Virus record (IMG/VR): IMGVR_UViG_3300031595_000004
Length of the DNA stretch: 64,000 bases
Strand: one strand, 5' to 3'
Source: an uncultured virus (IMG/VR IMGVR_UViG_3300031595_000004)
Taxonomy: Duplodnaviria; Heunggongvirae; Uroviricota; Caudoviricetes
Part shown: positions 48,737-58,710 of the stretch, piece by piece
Numbering within the stretch: the stretch's first letter is position 1
How the letters are laid out: each line of letters starts with the position of its first letter
Made by a program: the position numbers and the translations under genes
The notes under the pieces: generated by a model
The model's input: the letters and a program-made list of their open reading frames with translations, nothing else
Databases searched by the model: none
What the model was told of the DNA's origin: nothing

Positions 48737-50270
48737 CTAAGATTTTTTATTCCGGCGAGCTTCTTGTTCGTCCATGACATCTCCCAATGTCTTTTTGCGG
48801 TTCTGGATACCGAAGATTGGTCGAATGAGGCGCATGACTGGCTCTGGAATGTATCTGAGCGGCAGCGGCAAATAGAAAATGAGCATTCGGGTATCCGCCG
48901 TACAGAGACCAGTGTGACCCTTGAGTAGTTCGCATCCGCGCATCTGAAAGGCGAGAGGCTTCTGACAACGAATGACGTTAGGAAGGTTCATTCGTCACCG
49001 TCCGCCTCCTCCTCCTCCCCGAAGTAGGTTTCCAGATCGCTCGAATTGAGATGCACCGTCTTCTGCCCCGTGATGGCGATATGGCGAAGGGCCGCTGCAA
49101 TCTTCCGGATGACTTCTTCGCCCGGTCTCTTTGGAGGTTCGGGGCATCCCGCAAGAACGGCATTCTTCCAGTAAGAATCGCGATATCGATCCCTGTCGAT
49201 CTGAGATCGAAAAATTCGCTCTACGTTCTTCTTTGCGTCATGAACGAGAAACCGGGCGAGCGCTGCTTTCCAGGACTCGAAGTCGCGCGCGTACTTGTCG
49301 AGATCCTTCTTATACTTCGTCTTGAGCTCGGACTGACGTTGACGGAGTTTCTTGGCGAATAAGATTGCGTTCATTGAAGTGTCGAGCATGTGAATCCCAT
49401 TTCCTTAGTTCATGAATTATTGGTTTGGATACTTCTCTCGAAGTCTCTTGAGCTCGGCAAGCTCGCTCGCCCGCGTCTCTCTCTCGAGCCGCGCCACCAT
49501 TTTCGGCAAGATGTCCGTCTCTTCGAGTAGCGAAACGATATCGTCCTCAAGTTTCGCCATCGGAGACTCTTTGTCACTTCGCTCTTTCTTCTTCACGAAG
49601 GAGACCATCCGTTTGAGTGTCCCGACAGCGAGTCCAAGTTCCCCAAATTGGACTAGATAGAATCCGTTCCTATCGGTATGCGCGATATTGTAAAACGTCG
49701 CCGAAAGACAATGATAAAGACTTCGTGTGAAGTCCTCCGCTTTGCATCCGCCCGTAAGAAACGTTTCCCACTTGGGGAGGGCCTTTCGAAGTTCGGCCGC
49801 GTGCTCCAGGGTAGAAGCTTCGGTGATGAGTTTTGCGAGTTCGATAACGCGCGTCCATTTGGCTTGGATGGCATCGATGAGCGTTTGAAAGTCCTTGGGT
49901 TCGATATGCGCAAAGCAATGCGGACACTCGCCGCCCTTCTTCTTATCCCACGCAATCTTGCCCACGTGCCGACCGCAGTCGGGACACGGAAACTGAAAGA
50001 AGTCAATATCGGCCTTGAGCTGTAGCCGTTCGGCTTCGAGAGTAGCTTTGCTCATTTCGGAGGCTCCCGCAGTTTCAGTGTTCGTAAAAGTCGCTGCACT
50101 CCGCCCAGCTCTACTCCTAGTAGATAGAGGGTATGGACCTCGGGGTCTCGCGCGACCTTGAGTTTGCCGAGATGCTTTTCCGCATCGCTCAGGCAATCGA
50201 AGTTCTTTCGATGTCTATCTCGCGCAGCCTTCGTACCGCCGACGATGATGCGGTACTGAGAGTATTGCAT
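48737..50270 (-). CDS. Four hypothetical early genes (48737-48991, 48988-49389, 49417-50055, 50052-50270)
   Basis: Overlapping start/stop codons; 49417-50055 has CPDC..CPHC Zn ribbon. Confidence 0.6.
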
Positions 50271-50277
50271 CGGTCCC

Positions 50278-50502
50278 TCACCCCTTCTTTTCTTTTTCTT
50301 TGCCGCCTCGTTTACCTATCTCGGACATATGCTTCTTGTCCTTCGAGACGGAGAGTCCGCCTTTCCTGCCGGCAATCTTCGCTTGCTCGCTCGTAAACTC
50401 GTGCGCCTTACCTTGAGCATGTGCAGCCTTGCCGCCCTTACTCGCAATGGCCCGCTGCTTTTCCGGATCCATCCCGCGAAAACCGCGATTTTCATTACTC
50501 AT
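50278..50502 (-). CDS. KGG-repeat general stress protein (YciG/GsiB-like)
   Basis: RGF..MDPEKQRAIASKGG, HEFTSE.A..AGRKGG, HMSEIGKRGG. Confidence 0.9.
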   Translation of the reverse strand: MSNENRGFRGMDPEKQRAIASKGGKAAHAQGKAHEFTSEQAKIAGRKGGLSVSKDKKHMSEIGKRGGKEKEKKG

Positions 50503-50969
50503 GATCTTTTTCCTGCGGACGCGTTCGGGTTGGAGACGCAATTCAATAAGTCCCTGGACTCATCGCTGACTTGCGCCGTCACTTGGCTCAATGCATTGTC
50601 AAGAGCTCTAATAATGGCCAAGCCTACAGCTTTCCTAACGGGACTATCCGGCATCTGACCATAAGCCGCAACAAGTGGCGCTATCGGTGCAATCAGTTCG
50701 CAAAGGTTATATGACATTGAAGTGTTCTCCTTCAGACATGAACTTGATCTCACGCTAACCGTCTTTATTCTTCTCTAGGATATGAGCTATCTCCTTCAAG
50801 CGTACGGCGTGCTGAATGTATCCTGCTCCGATGAACTCGTCCGCCATCTTCCGTAATTCTTCCGGATTGTAGGCCGCTTTGAACATAGCCTTGAGATAAC
50901 GAACCTCATAGTCATGTGGCAGCACAGGAGTCGCCCGACGAAGTCTCTGAAAGCGTCTTCGGCGCCACC

Positions 50970-52022
50970 TCATGACTTAGACTCCTTGATTGGCGGAAGC
51001 CTCCTCCACTCACACGAAGGTGTGTCCCCGACCTTGATAGTCCACACATGCCCGTCATTGTCTAACGCGTATAATCGATCGTAGATATCTCCAGAACTGA
51101 GGAGTAGTTCGGTTATCCGAGGTTCACTATTCAGAATCGTCAGAAAAGGTTCCTCCTTTGCTGAGTTCGCTGCTGGAGCCTGCGGCAAGATGACTTGAAC
51201 ATCCGCCCCATGCTTCTCGTAATACGCGCGCACTTCCTCGATGTGTTCCTGAGAAATCTGCGCGGACGGAAGGAGCCTCACAAACCGCGGCATGTTGCTG
51301 GCCGGCTCCAGCCCTGTCGTGAGAGCCGGCAACATCTTCCAAAGAGGATCTTCCGGACCGATCGTGAGAAACCATTCTTTGGACGTCTGTTCGAGTTTCG
51401 CGCGAAGGTCCTTGATGGTGGCGCGCTGGAGAAGGCAGGTGGCCCGCTCTCCTTTGAATTCTCTCAAAAGTTTCGCAATCAAAAGCGGAAGTGGACGTGC
51501 TACCGTCGCTTCACTCACGATTGCTCCTTCTGCCTCTCGAATCAAATCATCGATAGCACTCTTTCCCGACTCCTCCGCCGGACTAGGGACCTCGTCTGCT
51601 GGTGCGGGGGAAGCCTCTGCAACTGCGTTTGGGGCGGACGCGCACTGTCCGCAGTTGAGATCGTATCCGATGTTTTTGCATCCTTGAACCACGTCCTCAT
51701 AGGTCATTGGAGCAGGAACTTTGGTTATAGACTTGCTCGGTCCCGGTTGACCGCACGAACGGCATACAGATAGCCACTCTTTCACGGAGCCGTTGAAGAT
51801 CTTGCAGTTGCCGCAGTTCCAGCCATCGAGAAGGGTCGCCATAGTCCCTCCGCATGAGGGACAGTTGTGAGGACCGGGACGGTCGAGAGGGAGCTTGCAA
51901 AGGCCGCAGGTAAGCAAAAGAATTTTGCGAGACCCGTTACAAGCCGCACATGGTCCAGTACCTAGACAGACTTCGCATGGGAATGAATGTGTTTGATGAG
52001 GAGGATACTGAGATTCAGACAT
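50970..52022 (-). CDS. Multi-Zn-finger hypothetical protein
   Basis: Several CxxC pairs including DnaJ-like CxxCxGxG and RanBP2-like WxCxxCxxxN. Confidence 0.6.
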   Translation of the reverse strand: MSESQYPPHQTHSFPCEVCLGTGPCAACNGSRKILLLTCGLCKLPLDRPGPHNCPSCGGTMATLLDGWNCGNCKIFNGSVKEWLSVCRSCGQPGPSKSITKVPAPMTYEDVVQGCKNIGYDLNCGQCASAPNAVAEASPAPADEVPSPAEESGKSAIDDLIREAEGAIVSEATVARPLPLLIAKLLREFKGERATCLLQRATIKDLRAKLEQTSKEWFLTIGPEDPLWKMLPALTTGLEPASNMPRFVRLLPSAQISQEHIEEVRAYYEKHGADVQVILPQAPAANSAKEEPFLTILNSEPRITELLLSSGDIYDRLYALDNDGHVWTIKVGDTPSCEWRRLPPIKESKS

Positions 52023-52311
52023 TGAGGGCTCCTAATTCGTGAATTAGTTTGGATCAGGGAATGAATTCGACCTTCCCGCCAATCTGCTTGGCAACCTTCT
52101 TCGCGCGGTCTTCCACGAACGGGTACGCAAGAATGAGTACATGCTCGTTTTCGGCTTCGGTCTCGACGTGGAGATAGCAACCTGTCGATAACGGGATGTA
52201 GTGCGCCGGATCAGCCTCGTACTCAGACTCGCGGGCTTTGGTGGGGTAGGCCCAACCGAGGACGATACGGTCGCCTTCTGCGATGACGATGTATTTGGTC
52301 ATAGCTCTTTT

Positions 52312-52524
52312 CAATCGTCACAAGAATCGTCCTTGTCAAGAGCGGGACCATGAAGCGCCATTCTCGCTCTCGAAGCTGTAAAGCTGAACTGTTTTCCTTC
52401 GTCAATCTCGTTTGCGAGAATGGATTCGAGAGCAATCCGAAATTTTTCTTCCTTGTTTTCCGTCTCTCCGCATATGAGACACGGAAGAGGGAGCTCTTGA
52501 CAAGGACGATTCTTGTGACGATTG
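52312..52524. repeat. Perfect 32-bp inverted repeat (52312-52343 and 52493-52524)
   Basis: CAATCGTCACAAGAATCGTCCTTGTCAAGAGC and its exact reverse complement, 149 bp apart. Confidence 0.95.
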
Positions 52525-53079
52525 GCCGAAAGGTTAGGCTCTGTCCAATCGCTTGATCGGGGACCTTTTGATACTTCTGAATACGTAAAGGCGCCGCATC
52601 CCGGACACCAAAGGGTGAGCTTCGGGAGGTTATCACGAACCGTAGAACCGACGATGAGGGGATAGGCGTGAATGCACATGAGGTTTGACCTTTGGTCCTA
52701 TTCTGGAGATTCGCAACTCAAAACGACGTACTCTACACCACCATCGTCGTCCTTATCGATGTAGACGTCCTCTACAGGATCACCGTCAATGGTGACTTCT
52801 AAACTATCGTCGTACGAGGCAAGAAGTGCTTTCAAATCTCCGATGGTCATAGCGGTCCTTCCTTTATGTTGAATCGTTCTTCTCTCATCACTTCTCCACA
52901 GATCCGCCGGACGTCGCGCGTCTCCACGCCTCCATCTGTTCCGCGCATCGATGCGGACATTCACATTTCATGCAAAGCACGACTGCGCACCAAGGACATC
53001 GCGTCACGCGACACCTTGATACGCGCCTAAGGCACACTACGCATGGAGGACCGCTGGCTGCCGGCATCACTTCGCCTCC

Positions 53080-53955
53080 TTATGAAACGTCCTCTGACCC
53101 GAAGCTATTGATAGGTCCGTCATCGAGCTCATCTGTATCATCATCTTGCCTGGGTGACAAGATGAGTTTGCCGGGGTACTCCGGATGGTCTGCCGGCGTC
53201 ATGAGAAGCTTGACGCCCACGGGCGATTCGCCGAAGCGATTCTTCGTCGAGCAAAAGAACCGTTCTCCGTCCGAGTCGTCCTTCTCCAGAAAAAATGTGG
53301 CATCGACCGCGTGCTGAAGCTTCATGATCCCCGCGTGGTCACCGTCTTTGTTGATCTGGTTGACGATAAGGCTGGGGGCTTTAAGCTCGACAGTGTAGCT
53401 CTTTAGCCGTTCGCACACCATGAGCCCGAGGTTTGGGTCGTCGCCCGTCAGTTTCGTCAGAGAATCCAAGATCATAAGACCTGGCTGGTAGCGGAGGATG
53501 AGGGCTCCAAGGTCACTCTTGAGCCCTCCCATCGCTTTGACGACACGAATTTTGACCATGTTCTTGATACGAATGCGGCGAGCGGTTTCCTTGATTTCTT
53601 CCGGTCCTTGCTCGTTCGCGATGAACATGGCTTCTCTACCCGTGATGTCGATGATGGCGTCCGCAAGCTGAAGGAAAAGCGTAGTCTTGCCAGCTCCAGG
53701 AGGACCCGCTACAAGGCTCACGCTCGTTCGCGCCAAGCCTCCGCCGAAGACGACGTCAAGCATTCCTGTCTTATAGCGTTCGATGACGGCAAGTTTGGCG
53801 TCAGAGAGGATGACCGTCTCTTCGTCGTCGGACGTGGAGTTCTTATCAGGGAGGTGCCAATTCTTGCACTTCGGACAACGCATCTTGTCCGAAGGGACTT
53901 GACCTTGACAGAGTTTGCAGGTGTAAGTGCCGATAGAGCCACTAGAGGAGGACAT
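53080..53955 (-). CDS. radA: RadA/Sms-like recombination ATPase lacking the C-terminal Lon-like domain
   Basis: N-terminal C4 Zn finger (CKLC...CPKC..W), GPPGAGKT Walker A, ILDS Walker B, KNRFG. Confidence 0.85.
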   Translation of the reverse strand: MSSSSGSIGTYTCKLCQGQVPSDKMRCPKCKNWHLPDKNSTSDDEETVILSDAKLAVIERYKTGMLDVVFGGGLARTSVSLVAGPPGAGKTTLFLQLADAIIDITGREAMFIANEQGPEEIKETARRIRIKNMVKIRVVKAMGGLKSDLGALILRYQPGLMILDSLTKLTGDDPNLGLMVCERLKSYTVELKAPSLIVNQINKDGDHAGIMKLQHAVDATFFLEKDDSDGERFFCSTKNRFGESPVGVKLLMTPADHPEYPGKLILSPRQDDDTDELDDGPINSFGSEDVS

Positions 53956-53961
53956 GATTGC

Positions 53962-54267
53962 TTACCATTCTAGATCTGGCAAATCAATAATCTGCCCCAC
54001 AAGATCGTGAGAGCAGTCTGGACAATAATGGATCTTACCCTCTGTCATTACAAGGTGACAGCGGCGCTGCTTTGGGTCCGGATGATTCTCGCACGTATTG
54101 AGAAGAGATGGCGTGAAGGACGGAGACTCGAGATTACCATTGAACTCCCAGGTTATTGGGCCAGTTGTGTAGAACACATGGCCACAGTCGCAACCTGGAC
54201 AGTGAAATACCCAACCTTCTACGGAGCCACCGGATAGTGGTTTGAGTTTTTTTGTAAGAGAATTCAC
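53962..54267 (-). CDS. DUF6527-like Cys/His protein
   Basis: FHCPGC..H, W.FNG....P.F.PS, RCH, DCSH.L.G. Confidence 0.65.
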   Translation of the reverse strand: MNSLTKKLKPLSGGSVEGWVFHCPGCDCGHVFYTTGPITWEFNGNLESPSFTPSLLNTCENHPDPKQRRCHLVMTEGKIHYCPDCSHDLVGQIIDLPDLEW

Positions 54268-54687
54268 GAATTGTTATCCTGAGTTTTGAATGCTGCACAC
54301 CACGGACACGAAACCTCATCACATACGCCTCTTTGATGAGCAATCCCTAAAGACGTATTCGTAAATCGTCGTAAATCACCGATAACCCAATTGCAGTACC
54401 CACCATTTTGACATGACGGATCTGCAATATAGCTCGGGCGAATCCGACCGCATTTGTTACAAATCTCACTACTGTCATTGCTCATGTCGGAGTCCCCTTC
54501 CCATTCGAACCGTACTTGCCCGCTCCAAGGTTCGGCCTCTTCGGCAGTCTCTTTATGCTCTCTTGATGTTCAAGGCGCTCTTCTACTTGAGTTCGTCCAC
54601 CAAACGTTCGATACGTAATTCTGGTGGCCTTGTCCGTAACCTCCCAGACTCCTTCTTCTTTAGAGACGGCTGAATGAAACGCTGTCT

Positions 54688-55212
54688 CTATCGCTTCGGA
54701 ATTGTGAGTTGTCCGTCCTTGTTTTCTACCAGCCTCCCGGAGCGAGTGAGCTCTGAGAGAGGCGCCCACGTCCGAGCTTTCTCCTTCGAGTTGGCGTGAG
54801 GATACATCCTTATTATCTGTCCTCTTAGTTGTGGGCCTTTCATTCGGATGATTTCTATAATCTGACTTTTCTTGTCCAGAGTTGGATCTGGCATCCAGTT
54901 CTCTGGAATTGGCGGTAACGCTCCGCTGTGATCCAGATAATCCAATACGGCGCGCGCCTCCATCGCTAGGATTGTTTCTTCTTCGTCGTCTAAAGGGGCA
55001 GATGCCTCTCCCCCGTTCTCTCCTTCGTTCACCTTCTGTCTAGGCTTATACTTCTTAACTCCACCGAGCTTTGCGAGTAATTCGTCGAGCTCTATGATTC
55101 GAGCCATGTACATAGATCGCTCTGCAATAATCTTCGCTTTGAATTCTTCTTGCTTCTCGATGAGAACGCGCGCTTCTTCTTCGAATGAGTTTGGTTTTGA
55201 ATCAGAGTTCAT
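54688..55212 (-). CDS. Coiled-coil plus possible winged-helix DNA-binding protein
   Basis: N-terminal coiled coil; C-terminal IIEIIR..GP...LSELTRSGRLV pattern. Confidence 0.45.
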   Translation of the reverse strand: MNSDSKPNSFEEEARVLIEKQEEFKAKIIAERSMYMARIIELDELLAKLGGVKKYKPRQKVNEGENGGEASAPLDDEEETILAMEARAVLDYLDHSGALPPIPENWMPDPTLDKKSQIIEIIRMKGPQLRGQIIRMYPHANSKEKARTWAPLSELTRSGRLVENKDGQLTIPKR

Positions 55213-55215
55213 GAA

Positions 55216-55446
55216 TTATTCCTCTTTCTCTCTCCCATCTACTGTCGTCCACCCTTCAGACTCTTTGACTTCCGTTTGCACATAAAACGGAGCCGTCTGT
55301 TTCCCATCATCCGGGATGTTGGCATTCACGCAAATGCGGATAGGGCCAATCTTGAATACGATAACGAGCATCTCTCGGTCTTTGGAATTGACCTTGATTT
55401 TTGAGTATCCCCGAAGTTGAATTATCATTGAATTACCTATTGACAA
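55216..55446 (-). CDS. First gene of the left arm, hypothetical
   Basis: ORF directly downstream of the leftward promoter. Confidence 0.5.
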   Translation of the reverse strand: MSIGNSMIIQLRGYSKIKVNSKDREMLVIVFKIGPIRICVNANIPDDGKQTAPFYVQTEVKESEGWTTVDGREKEE

Positions 55447-55468
55447 TCGCCGGGGATTGTAGTAGTTT
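55440..55468 (+). promoter_or_regulatory. Rightward sigma70 promoter
   Basis: TTGACA-N17-TAGTTT. Confidence 0.7.
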
Positions 55469-55491
55469 GCGGGACTCGTCGATTGGATAGG

Positions 55492-55521
55492 AAACTACCA
55501 CAATTCACGGGCAAATGTCAA
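55492..55521 (-). promoter_or_regulatory. Leftward sigma70 promoter
   Basis: TTGACA-N18-TAGTTT with TGn extended -10. Confidence 0.7.
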
Positions 55522-55531
55522 TGAGGGTTTC

Positions 55532-55984
55532 ATGATCGTTCTCGCCCCTAATCACATTTTCAACTGTCATGGGTGCGAACTCTTTCTTCGCAACGTGACC
55601 AAAGCCAACGTCGAATTTCGCGACGGCAAATGTCCTCAGTGTCACGCTCAGATTCGAGACACGGACATTCGATCAGCGGATACAGCCGCTTCGATCGATA
55701 CGCTCAAACTCTTCCCTCCACACGGAATGAGTTTCAAGAACGAACTCGGAAGCGAAGTAACGATCAAGTATCCGCGTGGACGAGAGCTCGAACTCTTTAC
55801 GGAGCTCCAACGTCAACTCCAGAATTGGATTGGTCCCATCGCGGCCAAGCAGCAAAGCGGCTCTACCGGATTCGTGGGAAACGTAACGCGCGCGGCGCGC
55901 ACGATGCCCAAGATTACGGTCGACGAAACCGGAGGCATCGTCATCGAGGAATCGGACGGTCCTCCTGAAGCCGCCAACACATAA
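55532..55984 (+). CDS. Zn-ribbon protein, first gene of the right arm
   Basis: CHGC...CPQC. Confidence 0.6.
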   Translation: MIVLAPNHIFNCHGCELFLRNVTKANVEFRDGKCPQCHAQIRDTDIRSADTAASIDTLKLFPPHGMSFKNELGSEVTIKYPRGRELELFTELQRQLQNWIGPIAAKQQSGSTGFVGNVTRAARTMPKITVDETGGIVIEESDGPPEAANT

Positions 55985-56102
55985 GACTAATTCACGAACT
56001 TTTTACCGACTTATCCTTAGCGTAACGGGCAAGTCACGAGAACGTCGAATAATCGAACCTTCTCGATGATTCGCTCTTCGAATCCAACCAAAAGAGAAAA
56101 CA

Positions 56103-56699
56103 ATGGCCACACCGAACACTGCCAAAAAGCACGACGACGACACAAAAGCACAACCGGCTCCCACCACCCATACGCCAGCGGCAGCGAGTACCAACGGAGG
56201 AGACCGATTCACCAAGATCGAAACCGAACGGTATATGTATAACCCCAACAAGGGTTGCGATACCGTCCTCGTCGGCTACCTACTCAATCTCCTCCCCATG
56301 CCTCCTATGATGATGGGCGGCGAAAACAAAGACTGGAATTGCTTTCTCTTCCGATTGACGGAACCCTGCAAGGTCATCAATCGTGAAGGAAACGTCATCA
56401 CGGTTCCACCGGGAAGCGAAGTCCTCTCGCCCGCTACCCACCAGCTCACGCAATATATCGAGCGGGTATCGAGCCGGCCGGACCTCTGCTTCGAGATGCG
56501 GATTAGTCCCAAGAGCAAGCTCGAGATCGGAAAGGGCCAGACCATGTGGCTCTATGACCTCGGCATCAACATGGGCAGTCCCAAGCCGCGCAAAAGCTTC
56601 GGACCTGCGGCTATGCTCGGCGGACCACCTGCATTGACCGGCGGACAAGGGATCGCAGAGCAGGTAGGCGGACCGGGCGCCGACCAAATCCCGTTCTGA
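56103..56699 (+). CDS. Putative single-stranded DNA-binding protein
   Basis: Beta-rich core, Gly-rich linker, terminal DQIPF tail; replication arm. Confidence 0.55.
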   Translation: MATPNTAKKHDDDTKAQPAPTTHTPAAASTNGGDRFTKIETERYMYNPNKGCDTVLVGYLLNLLPMPPMMMGGENKDWNCFLFRLTEPCKVINREGNVITVPPGSEVLSPATHQLTQYIERVSSRPDLCFEMRISPKSKLEIGKGQTMWLYDLGINMGSPKPRKSFGPAAMLGGPPALTGGQGIAEQVGGPGADQIPF

Positions 56700-56728
56700 G
56701 AGCGAGAGAGAGAAGCGCGTAAGAAAGT

Positions 56729-56769
56729 CCGGGCCACTCGCCACTTTGGTGGATGGCCCGGGATGTTTT
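56729..56769 (+). terminator. Intrinsic terminator-like hairpin
   Basis: CCGGGCCA...CCAC-TTTG-GTGG...TGGCCCGG followed by GATGTTTT. Confidence 0.5.
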
Positions 56770-56784
56770 ATAGGGAAAAGGAAA

Positions 56785-57225
56785 ATGATCAATCCGAAGA
56801 AGAAGAGTGACACGGCGGTTGGATTCGACGTAGAGCTCGGGGGACTCTCGCGCCTACGTGTCGCGCTCAAGACCGACCGAAAGTTGGACAAAGCGCTTGT
56901 CGTCTTGGCCGTCCGACCCTTGGACGTACTCATCGAAGAGATTGGCGTACTTCATGCGGACATTGCTGGACCCGAAAAAGGTCTCTCGTCCTTGAAGAAG
57001 CGCGCCGGAGGACTTGTTCGAAAGAGAGACAATGGCTTCGAGTCCGATATCGGAATGCTCTCCAAACTTCGGACGACCGTACGCATCGATACCTCTCTTC
57101 CAAGAGCCCATGCGGACAAAGCGGTTGCTTCTATCGATGAACTCACCGATGCGCTCTTGAATCTCCACGAGTCCGTGCTCGCTCGCAAGAGCGCAGTTGC
57201 GTCTATTCAGAGAAAGACTGGTTAG
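56785..57225 (+). CDS. Hypothetical protein
   Basis: ATG with AAGGA RBS, 146 aa. Confidence 0.6.
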   Translation: MINPKKKSDTAVGFDVELGGLSRLRVALKTDRKLDKALVVLAVRPLDVLIEEIGVLHADIAGPEKGLSSLKKRAGGLVRKRDNGFESDIGMLSKLRTTVRIDTSLPRAHADKAVASIDELTDALLNLHESVLARKSAVASIQRKTG

Positions 57226-57240
57226 GAGGACACAAACACC

Positions 57241-57322
57241 CAAAAAGGAAACGCCCCACCCCCAGGCTCAATCCGAGGGGTGGGGCTGCCAATGGGTTGT
57301 CGACGACGAAACCGATTACCCG
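57241..57322 (-). ncRNA. Candidate small RNA of about 80 nt
   Basis: Minus-strand TTGACA(57357-57352)-N17-TATGTT promoter, two hairpins and a U-rich tail. Confidence 0.5.
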
Positions 57323-57399
57323 ACTCCCAACATAAGATAGTCTAAAGAGACTGTCAAGAGGGAGTTCGGCCACGAGCGAGGGATTCGCGACATGGCAAA

Positions 57400-58092
57400 T
57401 TGAAGAAGGAAAGTCCGTGGGCGAAGGGAGCCCGGACCAGGAAACGCAATGCTCGCGCTCGTGAGCGCGCCGCACGCGAGAGATCCGCCCGCGCCAAGCA
57501 TGCTGCGCTCGTTCGTTGGTATGGAGAGAAAGGCAAGAAGGGACTCGAAAAGAAGAAGGGACTCGAAAAGAAGAAGGGAGTCGAAAAGAAGAAGGGAGTC
57601 GAAAAGAAGAAGGGACTCGAAAAGAAGAAGGGACTCGAAAAGAAGAAGGGAGTCGGGAAGAAGAAGGTAGTCGGGAAGAAAAAGCCTGGACCCAAACCGA
57701 AATCGAAAAAGGAAGCGGCAATCCAGGCAGAGAATATGAAGCTCAAAAGAGATAATCGGAAACTACTTAAGATAATAGCTGACCAAAACGTACGAGAGCA
57801 GATTACGGAAGCCAATCTCGGAAAAGGAATCATGAAAGAGAGAGGGAAAGGGAAGAATCGAATTTTCGATACGTTGGCAAGGCACGGAGCCAAAGAGCAT
57901 TTGCCTCCAAGGATGCGTCACGAGAGTGACGAAGATTACGCGAAACGCATCATCAAACAACTCATGGGGAAGAAAAACTATACGGTAGAAGCGGGAAATC
58001 TGGCTATGGAGTTTTATCAAGCCATTTCGAACGCTACAGGGGTACAACCTAGAAGGGTGTATACGCTCTTTATGAGTCCAGAAGTTGCGTAG
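57400..58092 (+). CDS. Highly basic protein with KKKG(L/V)E repeats
   Basis: About 8 tandem 18-bp units at 57535-57680. Confidence 0.65.
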   Translation: MKKESPWAKGARTRKRNARARERAARERSARAKHAALVRWYGEKGKKGLEKKKGLEKKKGVEKKKGVEKKKGLEKKKGLEKKKGVGKKKVVGKKKPGPKPKSKKEAAIQAENMKLKRDNRKLLKIIADQNVREQITEANLGKGIMKERGKGKNRIFDTLARHGAKEHLPPRMRHESDEDYAKRIIKQLMGKKNYTVEAGNLAMEFYQAISNATGVQPRRVYTLFMSPEVA

Positions 58093-58125
58093 AATTCATG
58101 CACTAAAGAGGACGGTCAATTCATC

Positions 58126-58353
58126 ATGGGCACCAAGAATGATCCAAGTCAATTCGACTGCTACGCCAACGCAAAACCCGATGAGCCGATGTTCATTTTG
58201 CTTGGCCGCGACCCTGGAGCCGGTTCACTTGTAAGACAGTGGGCAAGCGACCGTGAAGCTCGCGGGGAAGATCCAGCTATCGTAGCGGAAGCGCGCGCGG
58301 TTGCGGATGCGATGGATGATTGGACTCGCGGTCTCGGTAAGAGGCCAAGATGA
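58126..58353 (+). CDS. Conserved phage hypothetical protein
   Basis: FDCY..A.PDEPMFILLGRD motif. Confidence 0.7.
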   Translation: MGTKNDPSQFDCYANAKPDEPMFILLGRDPGAGSLVRQWASDREARGEDPAIVAEARAVADAMDDWTRGLGKRPR

Positions 58354-58706
58354 GCACGGTGCGACCGTGGAGACTCGTCATTATCGAGTCGCCATACGCA
58401 GGCAATCGAGAACTCAATATCGCCTACGCGCGCGCGGCCATGCTCGATTGTCTCAAGCGCGGAGAGGCGCCCATGGTGCCCCATCTTCTCTATACGCAAG
58501 TCTTGGATGACAATGTCATTGCCGAACGGGCACTTGGTATCGAGGCGGGTACGAGTTGGTATTACGCCGCCCAAGCGTGCATTGTCTACGAAGACTTCGG
58601 CATTTCAAAAGGAATGTCTCTCGGCATTATCGCAGCCAAAAAGCACGTTGTACCGATTGAATACCGAAAACTCAATGACCCAATGTGGAAACCGAAAGTG
58701 AAGTAA
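58350..58706 (+). CDS. Nucleoside 2-deoxyribosyltransferase-like phage protein
   Basis: VIIESPYAG, GEAP..PHLLYTQ.LDD, GIS.GM. Confidence 0.65.
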   Translation: MSTVRPWRLVIIESPYAGNRELNIAYARAAMLDCLKRGEAPMVPHLLYTQVLDDNVIAERALGIEAGTSWYYAAQACIVYEDFGISKGMSLGIIAAKKHVVPIEYRKLNDPMWKPKVK

Positions 58707-58710
58707 ACTC

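Noticed and set aside
57535..57680. Tandem repeats as a CRISPR array (also 23300-23425 and 44500-44680)
   Set aside because: They are in-frame coding repeats without unique spacers; no cas genes were seen.
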